The notes: generated by a model not told the origin, from the sequence alone. Shown: positions 1 to 9,444, numbered from the stretch's first letter. The stretch: DNA of 64,000 bases from a bacterium (GCA_018662325.1 JABJGM010000002.1:8996-72995), one strand, 5' to 3'. Numbers and translations: made by a program.

Positions 1-189
1 ACACCTGAAGCAGCAGCTTTTTTGAAAGCAAATAGACACCGCGTAAAAGGTAGAGCTTTAACAAGGTCTGCCATTGTTAAAAAAAGATTGCCCCTAGGAA
101 GAAGAGCACCTTGGTTTCATACTCAAGGTAGATTCAATCAAATATTTAGAGATGCTCTTGGAGTTGAAACAAGCGAACAAATAATATAA
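1..189 (+). CDS. 3' end of an unidentified protein-coding gene (5' part lies outside the window)
   Basis: Frame 1 is open from base 1 to TAA at 187-189 (...RSAIVKKRLPLGRRAPWFHTQGRFNQIFRDALGVETSEQII*). No family is recognisable from 62 aa. Confidence 0.4.
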   Translation, partial: TPEAAAFLKANRHRVKGRALTRSAIVKKRLPLGRRAPWFHTQGRFNQIFRDALGVETSEQII

Positions 190-220
190 TATCTTACTGA
201 TAAAAAAATTTAAGAAAAAT

Positions 221-589
221 ATGAATCAAAAATTTGAAATACCACAGGTCGTTAAAGATAGTTATCCGAAATTAGTGAATTTAATTTTGGAAGCTAAGTC
301 TATGAATGACGAAGAAAAACAGTACTGGTTTAGAATACTACCAGTGGTTCAAAAAAATCATGTTAAAAAGCTTTTTAAAATTCTAATTACTGAAAAAAAA
401 GAACTTGAAAAAATTGATATGGAGTATAAGCAAAACTTGCAAAAACTTCAAAATTCAAGACAAGATTTCAAAATGGATTCTATAAAGAAAAAGGCTAAAA
501 GTCGTAAAAAGATTGAAGAAGAGTATGAAAAAAATGAAGAGCTTTTAGAAGCTGAAATTCTAAAAGAAATAGAGTCTATGGAGGAATAA
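221..589 (+). CDS. Small Lys/Glu-rich coiled-coil protein, function unknown
   Basis: 122-aa ORF. The N-terminal segment ...SMNDEEKQYWFRILPVV... is followed by a charged heptad-like tail. I recall similar small proteins in CPR genomes, but this is unverified. Confidence 0.5.
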   Translation: MNQKFEIPQVVKDSYPKLVNLILEAKSMNDEEKQYWFRILPVVQKNHVKKLFKILITEKKELEKIDMEYKQNLQKLQNSRQDFKMDSIKKKAKSRKKIEEEYEKNEELLEAEILKEIESMEE

Positions 590-602
590 AAGTAAAATTT
601 AT

Positions 603-1496
603 TTAAATTTCAACTGGAACGGCTGATACTATCAGTCGTTTTATATTTGTGCCCAGTGGTGTGCAGGTAATTAAAGTAATACGGTTATCGCCCATATCAG
701 CTAAAACTTCTATGTCCTCAGGGTAAACACTTTGAATATCAGTAACTTGGTATACATACTTTCTTTGATTGTGATAAACGTATATTAAATCATCAAGCTT
801 TGAATTATGAAGTACAGCAAATACATCTTTGTACCTTCCAATGCTCCAAGGATAATAAGAAGAGTGTCCTGTAACTACAAAGTTTCCAGAAAGATTTGGA
901 CTTGGCGTACCGGGATAATGAATTACACCGTCTTGAAGAGAATTTTGAATATCTTTCTCTAGATTTTTCCAGTCTCTTAAAAAGAGATTGTTTTTAGGTA
1001 CTTCTTTAATGGGAACGTTAATATTCAATGTTGGAATTATAATTCTAAAATCAGTTGGTACTATTTCAAAATCATAGAGTGGAATTGATTGGGTTTGATT
1101 TGATCCTTCAATGAACGATTCTTTTATAGGTTCTTGTCTGGCTTTAAAAGCTGTAGTTTGCAGAGAGTTTTCTATGTTGAAAACTTGCATGTATTTGACA
1201 TGGATAAAATCTTTATAGGCAGAAAAGTTAAGAAAAACCTGGGAGACTAAAAATATAAATAAGCTAGTAAAAAGAAATTTAAAATCTAAAAACCAAGGTT
1301 TTAATTCTTTTTTATTGGTGTTACTTGGTGGATTTTTAAGTTTTGACTTAAGTTTAACGTTTGCAAGAGATATCTTGTGAGAGGATAACTTATTTGAAGC
1401 AAAGAAAACAGTTGGAGTTTTTTTTTGCTCAAAACCTTTACTTCTTGGAAGTTTTTTATTTTTCTTTAAGTAATTATAAAAGCTATTGTCTTCCAA
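603..1496 (-). CDS. Sortase-family transpeptidase, membrane anchored
   Basis: TM helix (FLFTSLFIFLVSQVFLNF). Catalytic His context VVTGHSS, catalytic Cys in the TLITCTP (TLxTC) signature, and a downstream Arg (IKRLIV). Confidence 0.8.
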   Translation of the reverse strand: MEDNSFYNYLKKNKKLPRSKGFEQKKTPTVFFASNKLSSHKISLANVKLKSKLKNPPSNTNKKELKPWFLDFKFLFTSLFIFLVSQVFLNFSAYKDFIHVKYMQVFNIENSLQTTAFKARQEPIKESFIEGSNQTQSIPLYDFEIVPTDFRIIIPTLNINVPIKEVPKNNLFLRDWKNLEKDIQNSLQDGVIHYPGTPSPNLSGNFVVTGHSSYYPWSIGRYKDVFAVLHNSKLDDLIYVYHNQRKYVYQVTDIQSVYPEDIEVLADMGDNRITLITCTPLGTNIKRLIVSAVPVEI

Positions 1497-1589
1497 ATTT
1501 TAAAATTAGTTGAATTTATTATAGCATAATAAAAAATAGCTTGTATATATCTTGATAAGTTTTACAATATAATTGTTTAATATATATTT

Positions 1590-3662
1590 ATGTTTTCGGT
1601 AACCATCTTTTTGTCATTGTTCAGCCTATTACTTCTGAGCATGGGAGTTTTTTTTCTTTCCAAAAAACTCAATATTCCTTACACAGTTTTATTACTAATT
1701 TCAGGTCTTTTACTTATACCTATTTCGGAAATTGGGTTTTTATCTTTTTTATCACAGTTTGAACTGACCTCTGAATTACTGTTTTTTATTTTTCTGCCAA
1801 CATTAATTTTTGAATCGGCCTTTAATATAGAGTTTAAAAAATTCTGGAATAATAAAGTCGCAATCTTTAGTTTATCTATCTTTGGCTTTCTGGCATCAAC
1901 TTTTTTAATTGCAGGAAGTCTTTATTATATTCTCCCTTATATTGGGTTTGAATTACCTTTTATCTTCCTAGTACTATTTGGAACTATAATTTCTGCAACC
2001 GATCCGGTAGCAGTTTTAGCTTTATTTAAAGAATATGGAGCTCCAAAAAGATTAGCTATGATATTTGAAGGAGAAAGTCTTTTTAATGATGCGACTTCCT
2101 TGGCTGTATTTTTGATTGTCCTAGAGATAATTCTAAAAAACGGTAGTGTAGATTTACTAGGGGGTATCCTAACATTTGCGTCAATGTTAATTGGTGGGGC
2201 TTTGTTTGGTACTGCAATAGGCTTTGGTTTTTCTAAAGTTATAGAGAAGATTCGAAATTATCAAAATGTAGAAATTACACTTACAATGGTTGTGGCTCAC
2301 TTAACATTTATTATGGCTGAAATCTTATCTGAAACTTTAGTTTTAGGTGGTTTTGAAGTAAAAATATCTTCCATTGTAGCTACGGTTTGTGCTTCGATAG
2401 TTATTGGTAACTATGGTAGGTATAAAATATCACCACAGATTGAAATATATATGCATAAGTTCTGGGATTATTTCGCTTTTATATCAAACTCTCTTGTGTT
2501 TGTGATGATGGGTATTAAGTTTGCTACCTTAGTAAATAACTTTCATGTCTTTTGGCCACTTGTAATTGTTACTATCTTAGTATGCAGTTTAGTTAGAATC
2601 ATTACTGTTTATCCAACAATAGGGCTTTGTAATTTAAATAAAAAAGAGGCGAAAATCCCAAGAAAATGGCAACACTTGTTAGCTTTTGGAGATCTAAAAG
2701 GAGCTTTAGCTGTGATTTTACTTTTACTTGTTCCTTCTGACTTTACAGTTGAAGGCTACAATTTAGCATTTAATCTGTATGAAGTTTTAACAGCAATGAC
2801 GGTTGGGGTTATATTTTTTACACTTTTATTTAAAGCAACTTTCCTGGGAAGATTAATGGATCGGCTTGGTATTAATAAATTAACCAAGTTAGAAAAACTT
2901 GAGTATCTAGAATCTAAAGCGATTATATTTTCAAAGGTTTTAAATGAAGTTAATAAATTTCAAAAAAGAGGTTATATAACTACAGAAACTCATAGAAAGC
3001 TAACAGCCAAATACTCTAAATTATATGAAAAAGCTTATAAAACTTGTGGAAAAGTTTCAGAGAAAAATACTAATGTATTTAAGAAAATGCTTCTTGTTTA
3101 TGCGATAGGTATCGAAAAACATTCTTTGAAAAATTTATTAATTCAACAGGAAGTAACAGAAAAAGTTTTTAGATATTTGAACGAAAAACTTAATTATCAA
3201 ATGGATTTAGTTGAAGATAATAAAACTCAGATTTATGAATTTAAATATAAATCAAATGGATTTTTAAGAAAATATCTTCCTTATTTTGATTTGAAAACCC
3301 AGATTCACAAAGATCCAAAACATTTGTTCACTTATTACAGAGCCTTAAGAATTATTTCAATTAAAGTATTAGAAGAATTAAATGAAATATCAAAAGATAA
3401 CCATCTTAAAGATTTTGATAAATCAGAGGTATTCAATAATATAATTAAAAATTATGAAAACTTCTTAAGACAATCTACCAAAAAAATGAAAGAAATTTTA
3501 AGTAATAATAAAAGAATTTCATATAAACTCGATGAAAATTTTGCTCAAATGGGAATTCATACAGTTGAAGAAAAAATAATTAACGACTTAAGCAAAAAAG
3601 AAATGATTACCCCAAAACTGAATCTTCTTTTAAGAGAGCAAATTCTAGATGAAAACATCTAA
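1590..3662 (+). CDS. CPA1/NhaP-type Na+(K+)/H+ antiporter with a long C-terminal cytoplasmic extension
   Basis: About 12 hydrophobic segments. Carries the IISATDPVAVLALFKE motif typical of NhaP/NHE exchangers. About 270 aa of soluble C-terminal region has unknown function. Confidence 0.8.
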   Translation: MFSVTIFLSLFSLLLLSMGVFFLSKKLNIPYTVLLLISGLLLIPISEIGFLSFLSQFELTSELLFFIFLPTLIFESAFNIEFKKFWNNKVAIFSLSIFGFLASTFLIAGSLYYILPYIGFELPFIFLVLFGTIISATDPVAVLALFKEYGAPKRLAMIFEGESLFNDATSLAVFLIVLEIILKNGSVDLLGGILTFASMLIGGALFGTAIGFGFSKVIEKIRNYQNVEITLTMVVAHLTFIMAEILSETLVLGGFEVKISSIVATVCASIVIGNYGRYKISPQIEIYMHKFWDYFAFISNSLVFVMMGIKFATLVNNFHVFWPLVIVTILVCSLVRIITVYPTIGLCNLNKKEAKIPRKWQHLLAFGDLKGALAVILLLLVPSDFTVEGYNLAFNLYEVLTAMTVGVIFFTLLFKATFLGRLMDRLGINKLTKLEKLEYLESKAIIFSKVLNEVNKFQKRGYITTETHRKLTAKYSKLYEKAYKTCGKVSEKNTNVFKKMLLVYAIGIEKHSLKNLLIQQEVTEKVFRYLNEKLNYQMDLVEDNKTQIYEFKYKSNGFLRKYLPYFDLKTQIHKDPKHLFTYYRALRIISIKVLEELNEISKDNHLKDFDKSEVFNNIIKNYENFLRQSTKKMKEILSNNKRISYKLDENFAQMGIHTVEEKIINDLSKKEMITPKLNLLLREQILDENI

Positions 3663-3697
3663 AAAGTATGTTATAATAATAAGAGTAAAATATTATT

Positions 3698-4942
3698 ATG
3701 GTTTTAAATCTGATTGGTCAAATTTTAGTAGCTGCGATTTTAGGTGGAATAATAGGCTTTGACAGAGAAAAATTATCTAAAAATCGAAAGGCTTTTAATT
3801 TTGCTGGAATTAGAACTTCAAGTTTAATTGGAATTCTGGGAGCACTTACTCCCCTTTTGTATGATTTTAATATTAGTTTTGCAATTTTAGTCGTGGCTAG
3901 CTTTTTAGTTGCACTTGTTGGAAGCTTTTTATTAAATGTAAAGAAAGATAAAGAATCAGGAGCTACTAGTGAGATTGCAATTATACTAACTTTGATAATT
4001 GGTTTTTTAGTTGGGATTGGATATCTATTTGAATCGGTATTTTTAACTTTGTTTTTGGTTTTGATTTTATCTTATAAAAATTCTATTCATTTATTTGTTG
4101 AAAAAGTCTCGACAAAAGAATTTAAGTATGGAGTTTTGTTTTTAGTACTAGCTTTAGTTATTCATCCTTTACTGCCAAATGCAGACTATGGACCTTATGG
4201 TTTTTTTAACTTAAAAGAAGTATGGACTATGTTAATTTTAATAAGCGGGATTTCTTTTGTTAGTTATATATTTGAAAGAATTTTCACCTCTAAAAATACT
4301 ATTTATTTAACTTCATTTTTGGGTGGAATTATCTCTTCAACTGCAACAACTTTGAATTTGGCAATCTTACTAAAAAAAACAAAAGATGATTTTAAAATTC
4401 AAAATGCAATTATAATTACAAGTATTGCAATGTTCATTAGAGTCTTACTAGAAGTAAGTGTTGTTAATTTAAACTTAGGTATTTCTTTGAGTAAAGTTAC
4501 CATAAGTTTTGTAATTTTTTCTCTTTTTATTTATTTATGGAAAAATCAAAAGAAAGAAAAGAAAGTTGAAATTACAAATGCCTATGAAAATCCATTCGAA
4601 ATTAAACAAGCTTTATTCTTTTCTGTCTTTTACTCATTGATTAAGTTAACAATCGGATTTTTAGAAGCTAAATCCGGAGTATATGGAGTCTATATCAGTA
4701 GCTTCGTAAGTGGATTCATAGATACGGATGCGGTAAGTCTTGCTTTAGCAAGTAGAAATTTAGATAGTTTAGATGGTAAAACAGCTTTGATGGGGATTAT
4801 TTTAGCTTTGGTTGCAAATCAATTAATGAAGTTAATCTTAGTGACTACTAAAACAAAAAGACTTAATTATAAAAAATTAAATCTTTTTACTCTTGGAATA
4901 GTTTTAGTTGCAAGTATATTTTTCTATCTTCCTTTAAATTGA
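3698..4942 (+). CDS. MgtC/SapB-family membrane protein with DUF4010-like C-terminal half
   Basis: The N-terminus ...AAILGGIIGFDREK... matches the MgtC signature. Polytopic hydrophobic profile throughout. Confidence 0.65.
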   Translation: MVLNLIGQILVAAILGGIIGFDREKLSKNRKAFNFAGIRTSSLIGILGALTPLLYDFNISFAILVVASFLVALVGSFLLNVKKDKESGATSEIAIILTLIIGFLVGIGYLFESVFLTLFLVLILSYKNSIHLFVEKVSTKEFKYGVLFLVLALVIHPLLPNADYGPYGFFNLKEVWTMLILISGISFVSYIFERIFTSKNTIYLTSFLGGIISSTATTLNLAILLKKTKDDFKIQNAIIITSIAMFIRVLLEVSVVNLNLGISLSKVTISFVIFSLFIYLWKNQKKEKKVEITNAYENPFEIKQALFFSVFYSLIKLTIGFLEAKSGVYGVYISSFVSGFIDTDAVSLALASRNLDSLDGKTALMGIILALVANQLMKLILVTTKTKRLNYKKLNLFTLGIVLVASIFFYLPLN

Positions 4943-6144
4943 GTGTTTGCTTCAATATCATTGTAAACACATAACTTTGGAAAAACAGTTGAATTACTTC
5001 CTATTTTCACTCCTGGCATAATACTTACATTAACGCCAATTTTAACATTGGCTCCAATTACTGCTCCCATTTTTTCATATGTGTCTTCGAACATATCCTT
5101 AAACTTTAAATTTGCGGTGTGTGCTCCATATCCAAATAAAACATTTTGAGCTGTAATAGTATCACCAACGTATCCAGCATGAGTTTTAGAGTTTGATCCT
5201 AGATAGGATCTTTTTATTTCAGAGTTAGTATTTATTTTACAGTTTTTTCCAATATGGGAGTCTATAATTATGGAATTCTCACCAATTAGAGAGTTATCTC
5301 CGATATATGTATTGCCTTTAATAATTGCATTTTCAGATACCTTAACATTAGCTCCAATAATTACTGTATCTTCAATAATACTTGATGGATGAATTTGACT
5401 AGATGGATCTATTTTCCCGCCATATTTCTTTATAAAATATTGAGATGTTAAATAGGCATGTTTTGGAATTTTAATTGGGTTCCAATTTCCATCGTATCTA
5501 TGGATGTAAATTTGATAACCTGAATTAATTAAATTTTGGGCAGCGGTTTCGTATCCATCTTGAGCATTTGGATCTTGACTTAAGTATTTAGAAATAGCAT
5601 TTTTAAATTTAAGAGGGTTTCTATGGAAATGATAAACAATATTTACAAGATCTGAAGGTTGATTTCCCTCTCCTGGCTTTTCAACTATAGTTTCTAGTAT
5701 GTTTTGATTATTGTGTTTAAAGTATCCTCCTGGGAAGTATTCGTGCATTTGTTTGCCTACGTAAATTGCATCATTTGTAAAATTGGGGTCTTGAATTTTT
5801 GATGATAAGTCATCTAAAAGTTTTTGATCAACTGTATCGTTTCCTGACACTATTAGACTCGGTTCGTTTAAATCTTGATCTGGTATCGACATAATCGCTC
5901 CTGCCATTCCGTTTGGATAGCTTTGATGATAAAGCTTAGAATCAATATTAAGTTTCTTTAGCGTTGCATTAGTTTGCTCTAAATTGATGTCACCATGGAC
6001 AATAATAAATTTGTTAAATCCAGCTTTTTGCAATGAAGTAATCCTATGCTCTAAAAGTGGCTTTCCTAGAAATTCGAAACTGGTTTTATCTCCAAGTGGT
6101 TGAAATCGTGACGAGACTCCACCTATGATGATTATAGCTTGCAT
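4924..6144 (-). CDS. Sugar-phosphate nucleotidyltransferase fused to a left-handed beta-helix (hexapeptide-repeat) domain
   Basis: N-terminus IIIGGVSSRFQPLGDKT... is a variant of the GGxGTRL NTP-transferase loop. Also has a VEKPGEGNQPS motif. The C-terminal [LIV]-G-x-x-x-x hexapeptide periodicity (IGANVKVSENAIIKGNTYIGDNSLIGENSII...) indicates the beta-helix. Confidence 0.7.
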   Translation of the reverse strand: MQAIIIIGGVSSRFQPLGDKTSFEFLGKPLLEHRITSLQKAGFNKFIIVHGDINLEQTNATLKKLNIDSKLYHQSYPNGMAGAIMSIPDQDLNEPSLIVSGNDTVDQKLLDDLSSKIQDPNFTNDAIYVGKQMHEYFPGGYFKHNNQNILETIVEKPGEGNQPSDLVNIVYHFHRNPLKFKNAISKYLSQDPNAQDGYETAAQNLINSGYQIYIHRYDGNWNPIKIPKHAYLTSQYFIKKYGGKIDPSSQIHPSSIIEDTVIIGANVKVSENAIIKGNTYIGDNSLIGENSIIIDSHIGKNCKINTNSEIKRSYLGSNSKTHAGYVGDTITAQNVLFGYGAHTANLKFKDMFEDTYEKMGAVIGANVKIGVNVSIMPGVKIGSNSTVFPKLCVYNDIEANTQFKGR

Positions 6145-6228
6145 GATATAAAGTTAATGCTTAATACAAATAAATCATTTAAGAAAATTTTGCAAGGTAT
6201 GAACAAGGAATTGAGTTTACATAATCAA

Positions 6229-7242
6229 CTATGAATTGACACTTCTAGTGTAAACTTTATTTGTGTAGAGTTTTCTGTTAGAAAAAATAAAACCTTTATT
6301 CGAAACAACCTTTATTAAAATGTTAGAAATACCAGTGTCAACATCATAAGAAAGATAAGAATCACAAACAAGAGTACTTTGTCTAACTATAGAACCATCT
6401 AATATATGCGAACTGTGAACTTTAGCATCTTCTTCAATTATTACGTTTTTTCCTATATAAGTATGGCCGGTAATTTGAGCTGAAGAATGAACTTGCGCGC
6501 TTTCGTGTATAAAAGGTTCGTCACAGTTAGACATCAACAATGATCCTGTTTCGATAGCATGAAAAGGAGTTTTGATTGGCGACCACTTTCCAGAATAAGC
6601 ATGAACTTTAATTTGTAAATCATTTTCAATCATAGATTGAATTGCATCTTGATATGAGGTGGTAGTAAAAGAATCTTGTTCAATTATACTTTGTATTGTT
6701 TGTTTGAAATATAGTGGTTTTTCGTAATACTGATAAACTATATTTATAAGATTTGAGGGTTGATTCCCTTCACCAGGTTTTTCAACTATACTTTTTAAAA
6801 ATCCATTTTCATTAACATCTAAATACCCCCCATTGAAATAATTTTTTCTTGCTTGACCTAAAAATAAACCTTCAGGTTTTTCATCTTGAATTCTTTGATT
6901 AAATTCATCTAAAAGATAATTTTCGACTGTATCATTTGCGCATACAAACATAGCTGATTCTTGTAAAAATTCATCTGGAACGCTTATAACTGCTCCTCCA
7001 TTATTATGAGGATTATCTTGAAGAAAAACTTGAGAGGTTTGGTGGTTAAATTCTCTAATTGCACCTTTTATCTCTTGAATGTTATTTGGACTTGCTACAA
7101 TATCTACATCTGAAAATCCTGCAGCTTTTAAATCTTCTATTCTGTGAATGATTAAAGGTTTTCCTACAAATTCAATAGTTGTTTTGTCTGGCATTGGTTT
7201 GAATCGAGAAGATTGTCCTCCTGCTAATATTATAGCTTTCAT
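6229..7242 (-). CDS. Paralogous sugar-phosphate nucleotidyltransferase with a shorter hexapeptide region
   Basis: MKAIILAGGQSSRFKPMPDKT... and the identical VEKPGEGNQPS block show paralogy to the downstream gene. I prefer the start at the ATG at 7242 (M12 of the tracked ORF), which aligns with the paralog's N-terminus. Confidence 0.7.
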   Translation of the reverse strand: MKAIILAGGQSSRFKPMPDKTTIEFVGKPLIIHRIEDLKAAGFSDVDIVASPNNIQEIKGAIREFNHQTSQVFLQDNPHNNGGAVISVPDEFLQESAMFVCANDTVENYLLDEFNQRIQDEKPEGLFLGQARKNYFNGGYLDVNENGFLKSIVEKPGEGNQPSNLINIVYQYYEKPLYFKQTIQSIIEQDSFTTTSYQDAIQSMIENDLQIKVHAYSGKWSPIKTPFHAIETGSLLMSNCDEPFIHESAQVHSSAQITGHTYIGKNVIIEEDAKVHSSHILDGSIVRQSTLVCDSYLSYDVDTGISNILIKVVSNKGFIFSNRKLYTNKVYTRSVNS

Positions 7243-7351
7243 GATATTAAGGTTATGAAAATTCCCGAGAATCATACCATTAAAATTATAAAGGTCAATA
7301 GAATTGATTTTTTTGAATTGAGAGAGTATAGTTTTTCATATAAAGAAAAGT

Positions 7352-7885
7352 ATGAAAAATTTTGCATTTATAGATGTTTTTACCCAAAAACTATATGGAG
7401 AAAACTTTGGATCAAAGGCAATTTTTGGTGTAAGTGAAATTCGTGAAAATCTAATGAATATTTCTGCCATGGTTATAAATGATGATTTGAATTTCATTTC
7501 ATTAAAAACTAATGCAAAAGATTACTCCGAAATGGATTTAGAATGCATGATGGATACTGAAATAGATTTAGCTAGACAAGACTATAATTTTGATTCTAAA
7601 CAAATTTTATTACAAAAAGATATGGAAGATTTAAGGCTATATATTGATGAAGTTTTGAAATTTATTGAAAATCATAAAATTGAAACTTTATTTATTTATG
7701 GACTTCCTTTTGAAAAAGTTATCAATTTAGGTCTTGAACTTTTAAAACCTACTTTAAAAGTCTGGATAGTTGTAGACTGCACAAAATCACTAGATGGAGA
7801 CGAGAGAGAAAAAATTAAGGAATATCAAAAAAAAGGACTAAAAGCGATTTCCTTTAGAAATCTTGAAAAATATTTAAAAATCTAA
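7352..7885 (+). CDS. Hypothetical protein, possibly a degenerate isochorismatase/cysteine-hydrolase-like fold
   Basis: 177-aa ORF. ...TLFIYGLPFEKVINLGLELL...VWIVVDCTKS loosely parallels the isochorismatase beta-alpha-beta core. The usual catalytic Cys position reads FEKV. The resemblance is weak. Confidence 0.4.
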   Translation: MKNFAFIDVFTQKLYGENFGSKAIFGVSEIRENLMNISAMVINDDLNFISLKTNAKDYSEMDLECMMDTEIDLARQDYNFDSKQILLQKDMEDLRLYIDEVLKFIENHKIETLFIYGLPFEKVINLGLELLKPTLKVWIVVDCTKSLDGDEREKIKEYQKKGLKAISFRNLEKYLKI

Positions 7886-7887
7886 TT

Positions 7888-8601
7888 ATGTTTGTTAAAC
7901 CAATTGAATTTAAAGCTAAAGTAAAAAGTATTATAAACTTAGTACCAAGTATATTTGAGTATAAATTTGAAGTTTTAGATTTGGATTTTGAATATAAAGC
8001 TGGGCAATTTGCAATGATGATTTTTGATAGCTTGATTGATGACTCTAAAAACGTATCGAGAGCTTATTCTATTTCATCGAAACCAAACTCCAAAGAATTT
8101 GAATTGTGTGTCGAAATTATCGAAGGTGGTCAGGCTGGAACTTATTTTTCGGCTTTGACAGAAGGACAAATTGTAGATTTTAAGGGTCCATTTGGAATGT
8201 GCTATATAAAACCAGAAAATCAAAATGATCTGATTATGATTGCAACCGGTACTGGGATTGCACCTATTAAATCGATTGTGGATGATTTAATAGCTAAAGG
8301 TGACAAAAGAAAAATTGAAATTTTATTTGGAGTAAGATACGAAGAAAACATTTTCTACCAAGATTTATTAGATTCTTATTCAAAACATGAAAATATTAAT
8401 GCACGGATTACTCTTTCTAAGCCAAGTGAAGACTGGAATGGTTTAAAAGGAAGAGTTACAAGTCATTTAGATGAATTTAATTGGGAAAATAAAGATTTAT
8501 ATATCTGTGGTAACGGAGCTATGATTCGTGAAGTAAGACAGTTTGGATTGGATCAAGGTTTGGATAAAAAACAAATTCATTTAGAAATTTTTGATTCTTA
8601 G
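7888..8601 (+). CDS. FNR-like FAD/NAD(P)-binding oxidoreductase (ferredoxin-NADP reductase family)
   Basis: RAYSISS (RxYS flavin-binding motif) and MIATGTGIAPIKS (NAD(P)-binding GTGIAP motif). The 237-aa two-domain size fits the family. Confidence 0.75.
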   Translation: MFVKPIEFKAKVKSIINLVPSIFEYKFEVLDLDFEYKAGQFAMMIFDSLIDDSKNVSRAYSISSKPNSKEFELCVEIIEGGQAGTYFSALTEGQIVDFKGPFGMCYIKPENQNDLIMIATGTGIAPIKSIVDDLIAKGDKRKIEILFGVRYEENIFYQDLLDSYSKHENINARITLSKPSEDWNGLKGRVTSHLDEFNWENKDLYICGNGAMIREVRQFGLDQGLDKKQIHLEIFDS

Positions 8602-8641
8602 GATTTTTTTGTTAAAATTATAATAATTTTAACCTATAAAA

Positions 8642-8878
8642 ATGCTAGAATTATATGCAAATGCTGGATGTCCTTATTGCCAAAAAGTTCTTAAAAAGAT
8701 GAACGAATTAAAAATTGATTTCATTTGGAGGTCGCACGACTTTATGGCTGGAGAAAACTCCTGGGGTTTTAAAATTGGTGGTAAGACTCAGGTGCCACTG
8801 CTTGTGGATCAACAAAATGCTGTGACTATGTATGAGTCGGAAGAGATTATGAAGTATCTTGAAGAGAATTATAATTAG
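8642..8878 (+). CDS. Glutaredoxin-like / GST-N-type small thiol-disulfide protein
   Basis: 78 aa with a CPYC active site (NAGCPYCQKV), ...GGKTQVPLLVD... and ...ESEEIMKYL..., typical of the glutaredoxin fold. Confidence 0.75.
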   Translation: MLELYANAGCPYCQKVLKKMNELKIDFIWRSHDFMAGENSWGFKIGGKTQVPLLVDQQNAVTMYESEEIMKYLEENYN

Positions 8879-8917
8879 TTTCAAAATCTAAATTGCACCT
8901 TTATTTGTTGACATTAA

Positions 8918-8960
8918 TTTAAATAAAAACACAGATAAAACAGCTGTGTTTTTATTTAAA
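8918..8960 (+). terminator. Intrinsic terminator downstream of the glutaredoxin gene
   Basis: Perfect 17-nt inverted repeat TTTAAATAAAAACACAG / CTGTGTTTTTATTTAAA around a 9-nt loop. The 3' arm supplies the T-run. Confidence 0.6.
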
Positions 8961-9033
8961 TGGTGTGATTTTGTAAAAAACTTGACATTATATAATTATT
9001 ATGTATTATTTAAATATATCTAACTTGTATAAA

Positions 9034-9444
9034 ATGCATAAAAAAATTACCATTAACTGGGAAAGATTAAGAGAAACAATTAATCAACCAGTTGAACAAA
9101 AACCAGAACACAAAGAAGCTGTTGAACGGATCACAGCAATTGCTTTAAAAAGATTAGAGCAGAGAGAAGCTATGAAAAATTCATTTGCAGCACAAGTGGA
9201 AAAATGGACTTCTATAGCTGATTCTGACTCGGCAGTTACAACTGTAAATGTCGACTGGAGTAACTTACGTACAAGTATTGCTCAAAAAATTGAAAGAAAA
9301 GACGAACACACAGTAGTTGTTGAACGTTTAACTCAGATTGCTCAAGAGCAATTGAGATTTAGAGAAGCTATGAAAAATTCATTTACAGCACAAATGGAAA
9401 AATGGACTTCTATAGCTGATTCTGACTCAGATACTGAAAAGTAA
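9034..9444 (+). CDS. Hypothetical protein built from two tandem 66-aa repeats
   Basis: Unit 1 is ITINWERLRE...REAMKNSFAAQVEKWTSIADSDS. Unit 2 is VNVDWSNLRT...REAMKNSFTAQMEKWTSIADSDS, offset by 198 nt. I prefer the ATG at 9034 (MHKKITINW) over the tracked 9001 start. A possible promoter is TTGACA at 8982 plus TATTAT at 9004. Confidence 0.55.
   Translation: MHKKITINWERLRETINQPVEQKPEHKEAVERITAIALKRLEQREAMKNSFAAQVEKWTSIADSDSAVTTVNVDWSNLRTSIAQKIERKDEHTVVVERLTQIAQEQLRFREAMKNSFTAQMEKWTSIADSDSDTEK

Noticed and set aside
7255-7437. 60-aa ORF spanning the divergent promoter region and the start of the 7352 gene.
   Set aside because: It overlaps the 5' ends of two better-supported genes and has no features of its own.
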